Part shown: positions 60,571 to 64,000 of the stretch, piece by piece
Position numbering within the stretch: position 1 is the first letter of the stretch
How the letters are laid out: the number at the start of each line of letters is the position of its first letter
Origin: Trichodelitschia bisporula
Taxonomy: Eukaryota
Length of the DNA stretch: 64,000 nt
NCBI GenBank assembly: GCA_010356995.1
Contig: ML996696.1
Location: 312,364 to 376,363, forward strand
Direction of reading: 5' to 3'
Translations under genes and position numbers: made by a program
The notes under the pieces: model-generated
What the model saw: only the letters and a program-made list of their open reading frames with translations
The model's database searches: none
What the model was told of the DNA's origin: nothing

Positions 60571-61469
60571 TCATACCCCCGACTCCATCGCATTGTCCTT
60601 GAAGCTAATGGGTAGTTCTTCCAGATACTGCACGGCCATATCCCAGTCTCTAAGCTCCTGATACGGGCTGCTCAACCAAGCTCCCAGCTCATGCAAAAAC
60701 AGTCTCGCATTCTCTCGCCCCAGAAATTCCTGCAACAAATCCTCAGCCCGACCATCGCTTCCCCTGATGTCTAGTGTCCTGAGTACCGCCACAATGTATT
60801 CAAGCAAGAATTCCGCATTGTTCGCTCGCCGTAAGGTCCAAGACCTGTCCTCAGACGAGGCTGAAGACGTAGGATTCAGAAACGTAAAAATTTGAAGTTC
60901 GCGTCGGATCCATTTCCGAGCGCGTGACTGCAGCTCGGGCGATGAAACGAAGAGCCCAGGTGTTAGGACTCGAAAGCGTGAGAAGCGGTTCACGCCGACG
61001 TGTAGCGAGTACAGCTTATGACGATAGATGTGTCGACGCCGGAGGACGGCGTCAGGCTCAACGAAGGCGGGAACGGCGTGGTGCGGTTGACGATGGGGAT
61101 TCCGCGAGCGGAAAGAGGACGGATTGTTTCGATGCTGAGCTCGAGGGACCGGCGCATGAGCTTGAGGCTTCAGGGAGGGTACAGAGAAGGACTTGAAGTC
61201 CGTAGGAGAATGCCAGTCATACTGGACGGTATCTACAGAGGCTTTGCCTGCAGGGCCTGTTAGGTCGGACCACCCACCCTTGAGGACCGGAACTTACAGA
61301 GAGGACATTTGGGCTGCTCCTGGAGCCAGCTCACAAGGCAAAGAAAGTCGAAGCTGACATGATTACATGGAGAGGCAACTGCTCGATCAGAGATGGCCTG
61401 CAAACATATGACACAAGCGTCCACATTAACCAACTGCTGCTTGCTCCGATCGATGCTGTCGTGGTCCAT
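60571..61469 (-). CDS. RING-finger E3 ligase (Topors-like fungal family)
   Basis: CVICL...[15 protein letters not shown]...CPLC RING; C-terminal [32 protein letters not shown]; intron ~61296-61260. Confidence 0.85.
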
Positions 61470-62609
61470 GCAAGGAGTTGCTGGCAGTCGCCACAAATTC
61501 GGCCTGTCGTTCTTCAAAACACCTGGGATGCGGGGTCGGAATTTCTCAATATTCCGAAGCGGACGTCGTTCCGGAGCTTTAGTAAGCTAGTCTCGACTGA
61601 GCGAATGACAGCCTTCTGCTTCGGGTGTACTATATACATTCTGAGCACTTCCTAACTGCAAACTTGCTACATCAAAACTTTCGAGGAAGATTACTCACTG
61701 CATTAAAATGGCTCAAGTGTGCCCTTTTCAATATATGTGGTTCGGTTCGACGCTGTACGGAGTAGGTGCACGATCAAAGCTGACGGTATCGAGGAGTAGT
61801 TGGTTGACTACTGGAAGGTCGTCCAGGCCCGGTGGTGGTAGCTGCGTGGCCGGGGATTTTTCAGGGAAGACTGCCTGATACCACGTTTTAGGCCAAGGAC
61901 GTAGGGTCCTCGAAGCAAGCTTTCAGCTGTTTGATCAAGCTTCCAGTGGGTAAGGTGCGGAGAGCCGCACCCATCAGGATATGGCTCACTAGTGGTGTAA
62001 AAACCATGGTGTATATCGTGTCAAAGGTCCGGTCCGTTTCAGTTCCCCGCTTGGGTGACTCTCTGCCTCGAACATTTTTACTGAGTATCTTTTCCTGACG
62101 CTCAAACGTGGTTGAACATAGAAGAAAGGACCATCGAAAGGTAGAGGATAGTTCAAACCCCCCTCAACCACCAGTCGCAGAGTCCTGAGCTCCTCCAGTA
62201 ATACGTGGGTATCACCTTGTGAGGCAGCTATGCAGTCGATGACGAGTTTGGTCCTCATTCGAGGCTTAAGCTTCGGTTATGTCCCCTAGGCGCCATGCAT
62301 CGTTACGATAGCAGAACCAAACTCCTCTGGTGGTCTTTCCCAGGACCCAAGTCGGTAAAGGTATTTAAGAGGATGGCCTGCTAATCTTTTACCTACTCCG
62401 TACAACGCACTCCTTACTTTCACGTCAACACACTTTAACTTCTGCTCATTAAGAGGCTGACAGTTTCTTCACGAAACACGATCGGCCATTGTTCACCAAC
62501 CACTTTGGCTCAAAATATACTCTCACAACAGGCTCAAACCAGCCTGACCTTCCGCAATCCACCTCTCGTAACCAAGTCTCTACGAGAACGACCTTTACGA
62601 CACCGAAAA

Positions 62610-63221
62610 ATGAAGTTCTTCAAAAGCTTGCGTTCTCGGAACGGAAAAGCGAAAAAGAGACATGTCGACGACGAATCCCAAAGGCTAAAGACAGCACGAA
62701 ATGTGGCCAACACAGAAACTGCATCTTTGTGTCTTATACCACCACGCATGTTCTGCGGACAGTCGGATCGTTGGTCGTTGGGGTCGTTCCGGAGCGAAAT
62801 GAAGGCCGCATGGGCTCCGACGTCCCACAAGAAGGACAGTCTGTTCGAACACACCCCATCAAGGCTCTCAACGCCGGCTACTGCTTCTGCATCCACACTC
62901 TGCCAAGGTAAGCACCATCTATCCGACATTCCAAGCCAAAGCACAGCCTCAAGACAGGAGAATCCATTTTCATTGACAAAGCGAGAAGCTGACAGCAGTC
63001 TAGAAACACCGACCATACTGCCACCCTCATCACTGCCGCCTCCACCGACCGACGGAAACAATCGCCGCCTCTCAAGGTTCACTGAGCATCTGGATCCCGA
63101 CGAACCCACTACATATCCGGAGACGATGCGGCGGCCTTCGGAGGACCGCCGCTCTTTGGCGGTGGCGGCAAGTTCGAGCCGGCTTTGGGCGGCGGCGCGT
63201 GATCCTGCTCCCTGCTCTTAG
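62610..63221 (+). CDS. Orphan hypothetical protein overlapping GRH1 in antisense
   Basis: ATG in AAAAATG context, open for 204 codons; contains a frame-preserving intron-like segment 62908-63003 (GTAAGC...GCTGAC...TAG). Confidence 0.45.
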   Translation: MKFFKSLRSRNGKAKKRHVDDESQRLKTARNVANTETASLCLIPPRMFCGQSDRWSLGSFRSEMKAAWAPTSHKKDSLFEHTPSRLSTPATASASTLCQGKHHLSDIPSQSTASRQENPFSLTKREADSSLETPTILPPSSLPPPPTDGNNRRLSRFTEHLDPDEPTTYPETMRRPSEDRRSLAVAASSSRLWAAARDPAPCS

Positions 63222-64000
63222 CCTCACCCTCCTTGAAGTACTCGTCGATTTCCAAGGCCGGTACAGCAAAATTATGCGCTCGGACTTTTCTCTCGCGTTT
63301 GGGCGGTCCAGTACTGGATGGGCGGGAATTTGGTTTGATCATGTCTGCGGGCACCAGGAATTCACCAGGGGGTACCGGGCTTTGGGTATTTGAAGGTGGG
63401 GAGAACAGCACTGGACCTGGCGAGGAGGATAACGCATGCTTCTCGTCCGAAGGCGTTTCGAACATCGTCTCTCCAGGTGCGTGCGGTGGCTCCTCGAGGG
63501 TTGGCGGAATCCGATGCAACGCACCAAAGCCAAGAGTGCAGCCGAGAGCACCCTGTCCACCCCAGCTTCTGGAAGGGGTGATGTCGACATGGCGGGTGAC
63601 ATTGTACTCGTGGTTATAGACGAGTAGGCGAAGGGGACGGTCGAGATGCTGGGACTGCGTGAGCTGCAAGATAGCGAAATGCAAGGATATACACACATGT
63701 TCAACAAGTTCACCGAGCCCTGACTCACCCCGAATGACAGCTTCGGGACTGCCTATCACATAGTCACCATAGGGGAGGAGACCAGCAAGATCGGCAGGCG
63801 AGTTAGGCGCGACATCCAGGATATGCCACACGTCTTCCGTGCCTGACAGAGGGGACCACTGAAGCGTGATGCCTAATGTCGGGTTGTCCTGCGGAAGGGC
63901 AAAGTAAATTTCGCGAATGCGCTGCCCCTGCAGTCCGAGTGGTTAGATATGCCATTGAACGAATGCTCGAGCATACCTTTGCGGTCCACACCCCGAGGCT
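63109..64000 (-). CDS. GRH1: GRASP55/65 Golgi reassembly stacking protein, 3' part (runs off the right edge)
   Basis: WHILDVAPNSPADLAGLLPYGDYVIG, PLRLLVYNHEYNVTR, WGGQGALGCTLGFGALHRIP; Pro-rich tail. Confidence 0.92.

Noticed and set aside
1..64000. tRNA, 5S rRNA or spliceosomal snRNA genes
   Set aside because: No convincing cloverleaf, box B or snRNA signature found by eye; GCCTTTTAC at ~18949 lies inside a LINE fragment. A tRNAscan/Infernal run is needed to exclude them.

Overview
Eukaryotic DNA from a filamentous ascomycete (Pezizomycotina, probably Dothideomycete-like; GC-rich coding regions, short ~45-60 nt GT-AG introns with CTRAC branch sites). About 20 conserved genes are recognisable: SPT10-like GNAT (partial), TSR3, GGA, a jacalin-domain zinc metallopeptidase-like protein, a SYT1-like Sec7/PH ARF-GEF, pyroglutamyl peptidase I, proline iminopeptidase, KEL3, DHR2, a secreted carboxylesterase, a YCF1-like ABCC transporter, a cytochrome b5/acyl-CoA dehydrogenase, SKI3, RSA3, ECO1, COG5, DAL3, a RING protein and GRH1 (partial). 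The most unusual part is an ~11 kb gene-free, lower-GC island (~13.2-24 kb). It holds a cluster of at least seven palindromic non-autonomous elements with TCCCTT...AAGGGA ends and TA flanks. One is a ~920 bp foldback whose apex received three independent 5'-truncated LINE insertions within 70 bp, each with its own target-site duplication. Other oddities: a HExxH-to-HQxxH metallopeptidase, a probable GUG-initiated GGA extension, an orphan ORF overlapping GRH1 in antisense, and a candidate spliced 16-codon ORF. All family assignments come from motif recognition and recall; no database searches were run.
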